DNA of 63,939 nt, filler included, from Vannella sp. (taxonomy: Eukaryota), in the NCBI GenBank assembly GCA_023345925.1. It is 4 parts of 4 records of this genome, joined end to end, with 100 filler letters (N's around TTAATTAATTAA, not from the genome) between each part and the next. Parts side by side here need not be neighbours in the genome. Positions count along the whole stretch, not along the records: positions 18,999 to 49,943 come from JAJQQN010000645.1; 3 more parts are not named here. One strand, 5' to 3'. Below the pieces are notes generated by a model that was not told where the DNA came from, made no database searches, and saw nothing but the letters and a program-made list of their open reading frames with translations. Positions 22,056 through 33,000 of this stretch are shown here, in pieces; the first letter of the stretch is position 1, and each line of letters begins with the position of its first letter. The position numbers were made by a program, and so were the translations under genes.

Positions 22056-24619
22056 TCACTCAGGACCAGTGCAATCTCCAAAGACTTCGTTCATCCATGC
22101 TTGGATGAAGGAAGAGGCGACGTGGCCGTTCCACTTCTCATACCCGCGAAGGTAATGGAGTCCGTCCCAGCTCTCCTCAGCTCTAGACTGGCCGAAGTGG
22201 TGGGAATCGAAGTAGGTGACTCCACGAGGGACTAAGACGGACCTGGCGATGAAGATGAGGACCCAAAGGGGGCGAACGGGAGGGGGAAGATGACTTACTT
22301 GGCTATGTCGTTGAAACGAACGTTTCTTCCTTGGGAGATGAACTCTGTGCCACCATGGGCAGCACCGTGGAGGTAAGGGTTGCCGTACCACATGAAATGA
22401 GTCTTCTTGTTGTCCCCAGCGCGGCCCTTGACAAAGACATCCCCGCAGATCTCTGCAAAGTCATCCACCCACTGCTTGAAAGTGCTCTCTGACTGCATGT
22501 AGAGTGCATAGGCATTCGCAGCGTTCAATACGAACACGTCTGGACTGGTTTCCTTCTTAGGAGACTCCACATGGATCTCTGGATAGTTCATGTCCTTTGA
22601 TGAGCCCGCTTTGAGGATGTTAAAGTGATCCATCATCTCCGTAAGGAACGCCTTTCCTCGGAGGTTGATAGAGCGATCCTCCATGTGCCCTCGCATCAAG
22701 AGATCTTGCCAGGCAAAGAAGGACACTCGAACGCCAGCTTCCTCCAGCATGACGTCAGCGTACTGGAACTTGGTTGTGTCAATGACTCCATTGAAGGACA
22801 TCAGATAGGCCGTGAACTCACGGTCCAGCGAATCTGATCGGAGAGTGAGCACCCAAAGAAGAGGAAAGCCAACAGGCAATGCGATCGGAGGGGGACTGAC
22901 CTCCCATCACGTGGATCCATTTGATGTTCTTCTCCGCTGCACAGTATTTGAAGTCTGCTGGGGAGTAGAGGTGATAGTGGCAGGTGTAAGGAACCCACAG
23001 CCACTCGAACTTGTGCCCTTGCCTGTCATGGTTGTGAGGGATGGAGCCTCCGAGAGAAGGGCTGCCCTTACCAGCTCATAGAGCTAACGAAAGAACTGAT
23101 ACGGTCGCCTGTGCAGTAAGGTGCGCGGCAGCTGGTCCCAATGGGGATCACATTCAACCAACGTCCCTCTTCCATGGAGGAAGTGCAGCGCACGGGGACA
23201 TCAGGTGTCATGTACGTGGGCCCTCCCGCTGGCTCATTGACGCGAATGACGATCTTGTGGGAATCCATGATCTCGCTCCGCTCAAAGTCGCAAACGGACA
23301 CTCCGTGATTCAAGTGCGAGCTCACCAGGATGGGGGTTGGATCGCTCGTCTGCAGGTCCGAGAAGGGGTAGATCCAGTTCAGTGTCACGAACAAGGGCAG
23401 ATCGCCAGCGTCCATGCCCTTAATGGTGATCGGGTAGCCTTTGTGTATGGTGTCGTACTCGGGAGAGACCTCCACGTTTTGAATCACGTGGTCACTACGT
23501 AAGAACGCATTGAATAACAGCTTGTTCATCAGTTTGGGGTACTTGGCTGCCGTCAGGGGATGAGGGACAATCCACAGAGTCTTTCAAAGGCCGTTAGCTT
23601 CCTCAAGACTCCCTCACGCTTCAACAGAGGCTTACCAAACTCTCTCCACGCTCCATAGTGACCATTCGGTTGTTGAAGAGGTAGTGGCCGTGCTTGTTCA
23701 CCATCATAAAGTGGTAGGAAAGGGGCAGATCTTGGAAGATGTGTCCTATCTAGCCATTAGAACAAGGCTAGAAGGCCTCTCAGTTCACCTTACCTCGACA
23801 GTTCCAGCAATGAGGCCGACTAGCAGGCACCTCTTCCACTTGGAACTTCTTTTGAGTGTCTCCCTTCAAAGCTCCATCTGTACTGCGGGCTTTCAGCGTG
23901 CAATGCGACACAGACTCGTCAGCAAAGAAGAACGCGATCATCTGCTTGTTGTGATCGACATCAGGGACCACGGGAAGGATGCGGGTGAAAGCTGGGAAGG
24001 CTTCTGCGTCATCACTCGTGCAGGACATCTCCACAGAGAGAGTACTCATCAGAGCTACCTTCTGTTCATAGTTAAGCATGTCGGAGGACTGGAAGACGAC
24101 TGTAGAGGGCACGCAATGCGCCAGTGTGTTGGGCATGATGACCATAAAGGAGATCCCTTCGTCGTTTGCAGGCTTATTCGCCTCTGGTACCTCAACAGGA
24201 AGGCTCTTAGCCACTGGGACAGGCTTAGCCACAGGCACAGGCTCAGGAGCAGGGACAGGCTTAGCAATAGGAACAGGAACAGGCTCAGGAGCGGGGACGG
24301 GCTTGGCGACAGGAACAGGTTCCACAGGTACAGGTACTGGCTTAGTTGGAGCAGGTACTACAGGCACTTCCCGAACCTTTGGCGGAATCACAGGCGCAGG
24401 CGCATCACGAGGAGGCACTACAGGCGCAGGGTTGCGCACAGGCACGGTGCTTTGGACAGCCGCCCCAGCTTTAAAGATACCACGCGGCCCAGGAGCCGGT
24501 GCTGGCGGCTCCCAAGTGATCGAAACCTTCGGTGCCAACTCATACTGGTACAACAAGATCGATCCAACCACAAACAAAGACAGCAGCTGGACCATCGCCC
24601 TCATGTCCATCGACGCCAT
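22056..24619 (-). CDS. Type II membrane PC-esterase/SGNH (NXPE/TBL/Cas1-like) protein with a Pro/Val-rich stalk; spliced
   Basis: N-terminal TM anchor and PVPVAKPVPAPE repeats. WVPYTC, then KWIHVMG|DSLDRE (GDS restored by splicing) and C-terminal WDGLHY (DxxH). Confidence 0.8.
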
Positions 24620-24726
24620 CGCCACCGACGTCTCTAAGAAAGATCAAAATTGTGGTTATTAATTTACGCTTTATTGGGCCGGTTTTGAGGCGTCTTGGAA
24701 ACTTCATCTTTTCCTGTCGGCTGGGG

Positions 24727-25377
24727 ATGCGCGTGCTTGCAATGCTGTTGGGATTGACCTTGTGCGTGATGGCGATGGATACAACATCTCCGTGTGTTCC
24801 TACGTCGTCCTCGGCGAATGTTTTGGGGTCTTGTGCGAACGCGACGATGCTGGAGGATGGAAAGTGGACGGCTTTCACAGTGGGCCCTGCTGCTGTTACG
24901 TGCTTCACCTTTAATGCAACTTCCCCTGATGTTGATGACACCATGTTTGTGCTGGCTCTTCGCGCTGGCTCTGACGGCACAGGTCAGGTGTCTGACGTTC
25001 AAGCGGATGTCTACAACTCTAACAACACCGCCTTCGGCTGTGCTGCCCTTCAAGAGGGACAAAGCAGTGGGGACATGGACTTCCACTGCCTCTCTCTCAC
25101 TAATTTGAACGGTGTGTCAACAGCCTTCATCACCGCGGCCAACCGGAACACAACAAACAGCACCTCCTTGGAGATCTACGCTGGCTTCTCTACAGGTGAC
25201 ATCTCCACGTGCTCCGCTAGCTACGTTGATGGGAATGGATCCAACGCCTGGATCTGGATTGTCCTAGGTGTTGTGGTCGTCGTGGCCATCGTACTGGTGA
25301 TCATTGCTGCTGTTGGTTTCGTCTTGTACAAGAAGAAGAACCAAAAGTCTGCTTATGACCTTTACGAGGACGCTTAA
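24727..25377 (+). CDS. Small Cys-containing type I membrane glycoprotein, unknown function
   Basis: Signal peptide, several N-x-S/T sequons, TM helix AWIWIVLGVVVVVAIVLVIIAAVGFVLY and tail KKKNQKSAYDLYEDA. Confidence 0.8.
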   Translation: MRVLAMLLGLTLCVMAMDTTSPCVPTSSSANVLGSCANATMLEDGKWTAFTVGPAAVTCFTFNATSPDVDDTMFVLALRAGSDGTGQVSDVQADVYNSNNTAFGCAALQEGQSSGDMDFHCLSLTNLNGVSTAFITAANRNTTNSTSLEIYAGFSTGDISTCSASYVDGNGSNAWIWIVLGVVVVVAIVLVIIAAVGFVLYKKKNQKSAYDLYEDA

Positions 25378-25631
25378 CCATGCGTGGACGCCTCCCACTT
25401 GATTGCGCTTGATACAATGATCAGTTTTGAAGCTCTTCTCAAAGTTTCGGTACCGCACGCAGGTTCCAGATGGATCCTGTGCCTCAAAGAGAGAACTCTT
25501 CCGTTCAGCTTGCCATCTGGCTCCAAGAGAGGGCATTCTCGATGACCTGGACGGGGTGGCGATGCACAAGAGTCTGGGAATGGGGAAGTGGAGTGCAGGG
25601 TAGGAGTAACAGGCATAGAAATGGAGTACAT

Positions 25632-26497
25632 TCAACAGGGACATAGTGATCTCTTCAGAACCAGCTCTGGAGGATCCCTCAGGGACAGAGCAGAAGGTGT
25701 CGATCCTGTGGAGCACCAGTCTGCTTGTGGCTGAAGGGGGTTGGAGTCCATGATCGTTTTAAGCAAGAACTTGATGCCCGTGCTGATTCCCTGATCCATC
25801 TGGTCCACAGCTGACGTCTCGTACCTGCAAAAGGGATGAGGAGGAGACATGAGCGTGTGAAGAGCAAGCCATTACCATCCAATGAACCCATGTTCAGTGC
25901 AGAACCTTTGCATGTACTGATCTGTCATCCAAGAGTGCGGCAGATCAGCCTACAGAGAGGAGTATGGTCAGATCCAAGGCTGCCGAGAGGAAGACGCGCC
26001 AATCACCTTGTTGGCGAACAGAATCGTGGGCAGAGTCGATGTTGGGCGGTTAGGTTGAGAGGCCTTGGCATCCAGATCTTGCTTCCAGAAGATAGCCTTC
26101 TGAAGAGAAGGCTCATCGCTGCAATCGAACACGACAATCGCTCCCAAACTGCCTTGGTAGTACCTTCTGCTCATGTTGGCGAAGTGGTCTTGACCTGCAA
26201 TGTCCCACATCTGCAAGGAGAGCTTGGTCTCTGCGTCCCATTGAATCGACTTCATACTAAAGTCAGCCCCAACCTGTGCGTGTCACTCCTCGATCAGGTA
26301 GAGAAGGGAAGAGAGCTTACAGTCGCCCGGTATCCTTCTGTAGTGGCCCCCTTGTTGCTGTACTTGCGAATGATACCTGAAACCCGTCAGTTTCCCGCTC
26401 GCCCTCTCTCCCTCCCTCATGGAACACTCTCACTTGTCTTTCCCGCCTTCATAGGTCCGATGACTACAAACTTGAGTTGAATCTCTTCGTCGTTCAT
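25632..26497 (-). CDS. Rab GTPase, Rab32/38/29-like; spliced
   Basis: KFVVIGPMKAGKTS, YRATVGADF, WDIAGQ (subfamily signature), LFANKAD, GWYETSA and C-terminal CPC. Confidence 0.85.
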
Positions 26498-26994
26498 GAG
26501 CACCTGAAGGTGTTATGAAAGGAATGGTCCCATTAGGAGGGTGCTTTCTGAGCAACCTTTCACCCAGCTCCAGAACCCTCGTATATTAATGCGTTGTATT
26601 ACCGCATGGAGCAGTTTCAGGCAGAGGTTGCATTTCCCCTCTCAAGACTGTTCCTGTTTCCCGCCTCTTTGGCGATTGGAAGCTTGATGGTCTAACCACG
26701 CCTCTTTGTGGGCCAAACTCCGTCACAGTTTGAAGGCAGGAAGGCCTCTTGTTCATACAACGCCAAACCTGAGAGGAATGAACTTGTTGCCCTTCTTTGG
26801 AGTGATTGTTGCTCCTCCTCGCTCCTGCAGAGAGCGGTTGGTTCCTTATTGAAGTGTCTTTAAGCCAGAGGGCGTATTCAAAGGTTGAACAGGTTGACAG
26901 TAAGTCCCACTGATTCCCGATTCACATCGAATGAACTTTGTGTGAGACTGGACCGAAAGCAGGTGACTTGGGAAGCCTACGGCCTTCATATTTA

Positions 26995-27960
26995 TCAAGA
27001 GGTCTCTGAAAACATATCCAACCCGCCTTCCGTGGCCTCTTCATAATCACAATAGACAATGCGAGATTCGTTGGTGGCGCGTTCTTCTCGTGTGTAGAAT
27101 GGTACATTGTGAATGACTCGTCGGCAAAGTCCTTGCTCATCTCTATGCCAAGAGAACTGTCCTTCAGTGAGAGTATCGCGGCCATCCAAGTGCTGCACGA
27201 GATACTCAAAGCCGTCACCAAATAGATAAGTGCCATACTTGGCGTGGGCTTCCATCCCGTTCTCTCGGATGTCCCGGACTTGTAGTTGTCCAACGCGATC
27301 CTCTATGAAGCCATTGGGTGGGATCATCCTTTGTCCAAACACAAAGTCCTCGTAGAAGTCGACGTGGGCGATGTGTGTGCTATCGTAGAACTGGCACAAT
27401 GGTAGGAAGCAACGTCCTTCATGCGATACCTCCCTTCCTGCAAGCACGTTGCGAAGGCGGAACTTTGTGTCCATCCGTTTGTGGTAGTTCATGGTGGATG
27501 CCATCGGCATGAGCACGTAGCGCATGATTGGATGTGCTTCCATGCTAGATAAGATACCTAGAAGGTCAAAAGGCTTGATAAAGGAGCGATCGTGCTGCAC
27601 AACCATGACATAAGGCGTGGTCACCATCGGCATGGCCTTTTGCAACGCAAATCCGAAGCCTACACGCTGGGGAAGCTCGAGAATCGTTGTGTTAGTGTAC
27701 AGTGGGTTGTTTTCTGCAACATGTGCCTTCAGTCTGGTCTTGTACTCCTCATAACGGAGAGCTTGCTCCTCTGTCACTCTCCCCTTCTTGAATCGGAGCT
27801 CCTCCGTGATCCGATAGCCATCACAGATGATGATGGTCCGGCACTCAATCAGATAAGGTACTTCCGCAAAGGTAGCCAGCACTTGGTCCAACAAACAAGT
27901 GCTAGGATGAGTGTACGCAGGACTCGTCGTGATCAACACCGTCAGCCTGTCTGCACACAT
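26995..27960 (-). CDS. GT-A fold glycosyltransferase-like protein, intronless
   Basis: LTVLITTSP..HPS, IIICDG, GFGFAL..VTTPYVMVVQHDRSF (DxD-equivalent position) and HLDGR. The real start is probably MCADRL at 27960. Confidence 0.65.
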   Translation of the reverse strand: MCADRLTVLITTSPAYTHPSTCLLDQVLATFAEVPYLIECRTIIICDGYRITEELRFKKGRVTEEQALRYEEYKTRLKAHVAENNPLYTNTTILELPQRVGFGFALQKAMPMVTTPYVMVVQHDRSFIKPFDLLGILSSMEAHPIMRYVLMPMASTMNYHKRMDTKFRLRNVLAGREVSHEGRCFLPLCQFYDSTHIAHVDFYEDFVFGQRMIPPNGFIEDRVGQLQVRDIRENGMEAHAKYGTYLFGDGFEYLVQHLDGRDTLTEGQFSWHRDEQGLCRRVIHNVPFYTREERATNESRIVYCDYEEATEGGLDMFSETS

Positions 27961-28111
27961 CCCAGAGCCTTTAAAAATGACAAAGAAACACCTTGAACTT
28001 GCTCTCTCCTGCAAATGAGGAAGAAGGACAAGAAGAGGAACAGCAGAGAGCAAGAGGGTGGAAGAGAGGTAAACTACATGTATTCTATGGTACAGGATGG
28101 TGGTAGAGCTG

Positions 28112-28993
28112 TTAGGAAGAGAGACGCGAGGAGGAGATCCACCGAAGGAGACGGCGATGAGGTCCCAGTGAAGTTCGCCGTCTGGTGCTTCTTTTGGGTG
28201 CGTAGGGAGCGAGAAAGTCGGATTGAAGTATCTCTGCGAGAGTGAGACGGCTACGAGGGTTGAATTGAAGCAACTGTGTGAGGAACCGGGTCTGGTCTTT
28301 CGAAAGGCAATCAGCAAAGAACAGGCGCCCGTTTGACACGTGGGCTCGGACTTGGACCGGATCATCTGATGAGAGAGGCCAAGTACCAGTGAGGAGGACG
28401 TGAAGAAGGATCCCCAAGCTCCACACTTCAGCAGACTCCGCATCAACGCCTGAAGAACCTTGTTGCATGACCTCAGGAGAGTTGTAGAAGAGGGTTCCTT
28501 GGACGTTGAAGACCTTTCCTTCCTTAGTGATGGTTTGGCTTGTTCCAAAGTCAGCGAGCTTCACAATCAAAGTGTCCTTGGAGATGAGGATGTTGTCGGG
28601 CTTCAAGTCGAGATGCGCGATGTTCTGTTGATGACAGAAGAGGACAGATTGGCAAATTTTGTAGAAGATGGTGAGTCGTTGTTCGATAGTGAGAGAGTCG
28701 TCCATAATGTGGTCGAGAAGGTCCCCATCCATCCTCTCGAGGACGAGAACAGCGCTTTTACCGACTACACAACTCTCCACCAGCTCCACCACGTGATCTT
28801 TGGATACTGAATTGAGTTGTCGAAGGGTTTGGGTCTCATTGTAGAAGAGCTCGAGTCCTGCTCTTCGCTCTTGAGAGATATCGATTACTTTCGCTACACG
28901 TTGGATGTTGGTCGCTTTGTGCTTTGCGCTCACTACTCGAGAGCACCCAGCACCGACAGTGGTGTCTGAAAGGATGTGGTCTGGCGTGTTCAT
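28112..28993 (-). CDS. Ser/Thr protein kinase, CAMK-like, intronless
   Basis: VAKVI, HLDLKPDN, LADFG, GTLFYNSPE and VWSLGILL. Confidence 0.92.
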   Translation of the reverse strand: MNTPDHILSDTTVGAGCSRVVSAKHKATNIQRVAKVIDISQERRAGLELFYNETQTLRQLNSVSKDHVVELVESCVVGKSAVLVLERMDGDLLDHIMDDSLTIEQRLTIFYKICQSVLFCHQQNIAHLDLKPDNILISKDTLIVKLADFGTSQTITKEGKVFNVQGTLFYNSPEVMQQGSSGVDAESAEVWSLGILLHVLLTGTWPLSSDDPVQVRAHVSNGRLFFADCLSKDQTRFLTQLLQFNPRSRLTLAEILQSDFLAPYAPKRSTRRRTSLGPHRRLLRWISSSRLSS

Positions 28994-29472
28994 GCTTGAA
29001 AATGAGATTCTCAAAGGCCAGCCCAGAACAAGAAAAAACTTTCGTCCGGTTCCACAAAAGGAAACCCTAATGAGCCAAAAGTCCTGATTTGGCATTTTGC
29101 AATTGAAACTTTGAAATAATTCTTGCGGAAGTCGCTCTCAAGTTCTTCTTCAAGGATTAGCCCGATCATTCAAATATTCAATAGATTATTACAAGAAGAA
29201 AAAATTCTCCCGCATTGAACTCAAGACCCAAACTCTCAGGATGGTTTCTCAGCCAATCAGAGTCTAGCCATTGATCCGGCCTTGGCTGTCCAAGTTGCTT
29301 GATGAAGGAACCCAATGATGAAGGAACCCGTGGGTTGAGGGGAAACTTCCAACATCACCATCCGCACAAAAGGGTTCATTCAGCCGAACTGTTGCCAACC
29401 GGAGTGCAGTTGAAAGGAAGGGACTGGAACGGAAGATTGAAGAACAAGAAGAAGGAAGCCATTCTTTGAGGG

Positions 29473-29978
29473 ATGGCGAGTGCCAGCCGGGTAGTTTTGA
29501 GGGTGATCAGAAGGCCGTTGAGCTCTTCGATGCCTCTGTTTCATCGAGCCAGTGAGAACCAGGGAAGACCTCAGGTTCGCTTTTCTTTCGTGAACAAGGA
29601 CGGGGAGGAGTTCCCTGTGGTGGGGACTGTCGGTGATCACTTGTTGGAGGTCGCACACGCTCACGAGGTTGATCTGGAAGGTGCATGCGAAGCCTCTCTC
29701 GCTTGTAGTACCTGCCATGTCATCATTCCATCAGACATCTTCGATCAGCTGAAAGAACCCGAGGAAGAGGAGAACGACATGTTGGATCTCGCCTTCGGCC
29801 TCACCGAGACGTGAGTTCTCATCCACTCCACACCCAAAGTAGACCACTCAACCCTCTCAATAGATCTCGCCTTGGCTGTCAAGTCCGCGTTGCAGAGCTG
29901 ATGGAAGGGATGAAAGTTCGCCTTCCTGCAGCCACCCGCAACATGGCTGTGGACGGCTTCAAGCCCAAACCTCACTAA
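29473..29978 (+). CDS. FDX2: Mitochondrial adrenodoxin-type 2Fe-2S ferredoxin; 1 intron
   Basis: Arg/Ser presequence, [33 protein letters not shown] and [17 protein letters not shown]. Confidence 0.93.
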
Positions 29979-30011
29979 ACCTCTTCTCTCTCACCTACAG
30001 GAGCTCATTTG

Positions 30012-33000
30012 ATGGCTGACCCGCCAAAGCGGCGACCTCTGGAGAGGAACGAGCGCCCGAGGAAGCGGAGGAAGGCTGATGAAGCATCCAACCCACTCTA
30101 CTTATCCCTTCTACCATGGAGTGAAGTATCACAAACTCAGAGTCCCTCGTCTGACGCAGTGAACCAACTCCTGGTTCAGTCTAAGCGGGAGTTCCTTCGT
30201 TCGACCTTACCAGACGCTTTGAAGTTGCCTGCTTGTCCTGTAAGCCTCCTTAAGCTCGAGGAGATGCTTCATAATCGCCCTGGAAGGGCTGGCAGTGAGT
30301 ATTTGGGGTGTTTTGCCGCGCAGGCGCTCGGATATTGGGCGTCTCACTCTTCTGGAGCCAGCCAGGAGTTCCTTTCATGCTTCTTCCAGCTTGTAGACGA
30401 GATCAAACAACAGCCGTCCCTCCCGTTCGCTCGGTGGGTCTTCTCCCAGTCTCTTCTTGAGTCCAAACCATCTGTTGAAGAGTCTTACTCTCCTTTGGTG
30501 CTTTGGGAGCTGCACAAGCGTGACTTGTTCTCCTGGACCCAGTTTGTAGTAGAATGTGGTGCTCAGCATACTGCGTACGTGGTACTGTGGCTCCGGGAGA
30601 GGCTACATCAAAAGGGATCCCAAGAGAGGGTGTCTGAACTCGTCAAGGGCACCCTGACCATCGTAATGAGTGGTAAAATAGACGAGGCATCTTCCAAGAT
30701 GGTCATAGCTCTGCTTCTAGAGCTCTCTCGCATCAAGTCACTTAGTGACAGTGTGGAGGCGCATGACTCTGTGATGCAGGAGCTCTTGCTGAGACCCTGG
30801 ACAGACGCCAGTGAGAGAATATCGAGCGCTCTGCTTAGAGATCTCCTTAGTGAGCCAGGGGGAGGTGCAAAAACGCATCCGGACTGTTTTGAAAACTTGT
30901 CTCTTCTTCCTCGCCTTCCTTCTGTCTCTGCAGGCCTCACACAATGTCTGGATTTGCACCTCATTGCTTTGAAGAAGGAGAGCCGCTCAGTATCTGAGGA
31001 ATGTCTCTTCCTACTCCATTGTCGCCGCCCTCGATGGAGTTTCTTCTTCTACTTCATCCAGTTGCATCTGACTGTGCAGGAGAGCACTTTCATAGATCAT
31101 TTCAGGTCCACTATCCTTGCTTCAATGCAGCAGAGCTTATCTGATAAGCTCAGCAGCCAGGAGCCTGGAGCCAATCAGTCTGATGCAGATGTGGAGGAGA
31201 GCATGACATGGATGATCATGATGGGCCGCTTTTTGCAGGATGTTAGCATAACCTTAGAAGCTGTTGTAATCCCGGCGCCTGCTCCCAAGTCCCGAGAATG
31301 GTTCCTGGTGTGGATTGATGGATTACCGAACAGATATCAGAAGATGGCTTTACAGACACTCGCGAAGATGATTCCAACTGATTCTGCATTCTACATTCAG
31401 CTTCATCTGGGTGCGAAGGGCCTCCCAGAGGCCAAGGCAAAGAGCATTCGTAAACTGGTTGCGTTATATGTCCAACAAGGCACACGAGAACTACATTCTC
31501 GAGGATACACAGCGGAAGATTGTGATATTCTGGACCGTGGCTTCTTTTCATCCATTCAGATGCCGCGCAAGTGCCTTTGTACAATTCTTTGTTTCCGCCC
31601 CTCTCTTAATCTTATCCGGAATGCGGCTCTTTACCACTCTGAGTGGCTTCATTTATTGCTTCCTTATCTCCATTCGGACTATCCTGTTGATCTCTTTCCC
31701 CTTCATGACCCTTTCTTCTCTCTTTGCTTTCAATTGACTCGACAAAAAGTGTTAGAAAGGCGAGAAGAACTCCTTTTCAAGATGAATGACCAACGAATGA
31801 TTCCTTCTATAGTAGCTGCTCAAGTCAAGCAAACAGAGACTTTTGTAGGTCAAGAGAATAGAACAACCCCGCTCCAGAGAACTTGGGAACAGATGAAACC
31901 AAGAGTCTCACGACTCTTGCAGGAGTGGAGGGAAACAGCCTTCGCATCCAATGATTTTGTCCTTCTGAAAGAAGGAGTTGGATATCCGTGGGGCGAAAGG
32001 CTGGAAGAGCTCGTAAAAACACTGAAACCTTCGAGAGAGTCTGCAATGGAAGCGTCCCATCCTCTCTTTGATCTCTTTGACAGCTTTCTGGAAACCTTTT
32101 GCGAGCTCTCTACAGCCCAGAAGGAGAAAGGGCGAGTATTATACCTTAGCTATGAAACTGTGAAGTGTCTGCTTCATCAGCCGTTTCTCCAACGCACTTT
32201 TATTTGCCATTTGGAGAACCGATTGTCCGGGCAGAGGATAAGTGGACTCTCGAACGACCTCCGAAATGGAACGTCACTTCTTCTGGCCACGTTTTCTTGT
32301 TTCTCAGAAGGAGATGGTTTAATTCACGCCCTTTCGAGGCAATTGGAGGTCTCTTCTCTCACACAAAGAGCCCTGTTTGGCTGGTTCAGCTTCTTAATCT
32401 CCTTCTTTCGAAGCTTCTTTGCGTTGGAACAAGAGAAAAGTTCAATTTGCCGCTCTACTCGAGCCCTCAGTCACTCTTTTGGGTTCTTGTACTTCCGATT
32501 TTCACATATTCTGTTCCTACAAAGTACATCCCATCTCATTGATGAAGTAGATTGCTACGGTCAAATTGTGCTGTTGAGAGAGCTAGCAAGAGCAGTGCAG
32601 CTGGCCCAGGAGATGATGCGAAAGCAAACAGTCTTTTTTGGGCAACAGAAACTTGACTGCATCGACTGGATGAGATGGGAAGCATCTTCCTTTCCGGCAC
32701 CGCTTCCTCTCTATCACACTGACTATCTCCTTCACAGATTAGCTCAATGGTACATGCCCAAAGAGTACAGTGCCAACCCGGAATCACTGGTTATGGATTT
32801 TGTTCGCGTTGTTCTGGAATCAGAGAGCGAGCAAGTCTCTTCTAATCTCTTGGCCTCTCTTGGTTACCAGATCTTCTTGAGAAGCGGATTCCCTCTTTAT
32901 AAGATCGCAAGTTGTATCATCGAATCGGAGAAAGGCAAAACAGACATTCCAGAGAGATACTTTCGGGGGATTGTCTCCGCATTGCCTCCCGTTTCTCCTC

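Noticed and set aside
23684..24662. Long plus-strand ORFs (317 aa Arg/His-rich and 194 aa Gly/Thr-rich)
   Set aside because: They are antisense shadows of the Pro/Val stalk of the PC-esterase gene.
27961..28548. N-terminal extension of the GT-like ORF overlapping the kinase
   Set aside because: It is an off-frame read-through of the kinase 3' end and spacer. An Inr-like motif sits just before ATG 27960.
29300..29329. TGATGAAGGAACCC twice as a C/D snoRNA
   Set aside because: There is no suitably placed CTGA D box or terminal stem; it is probably a short duplication.
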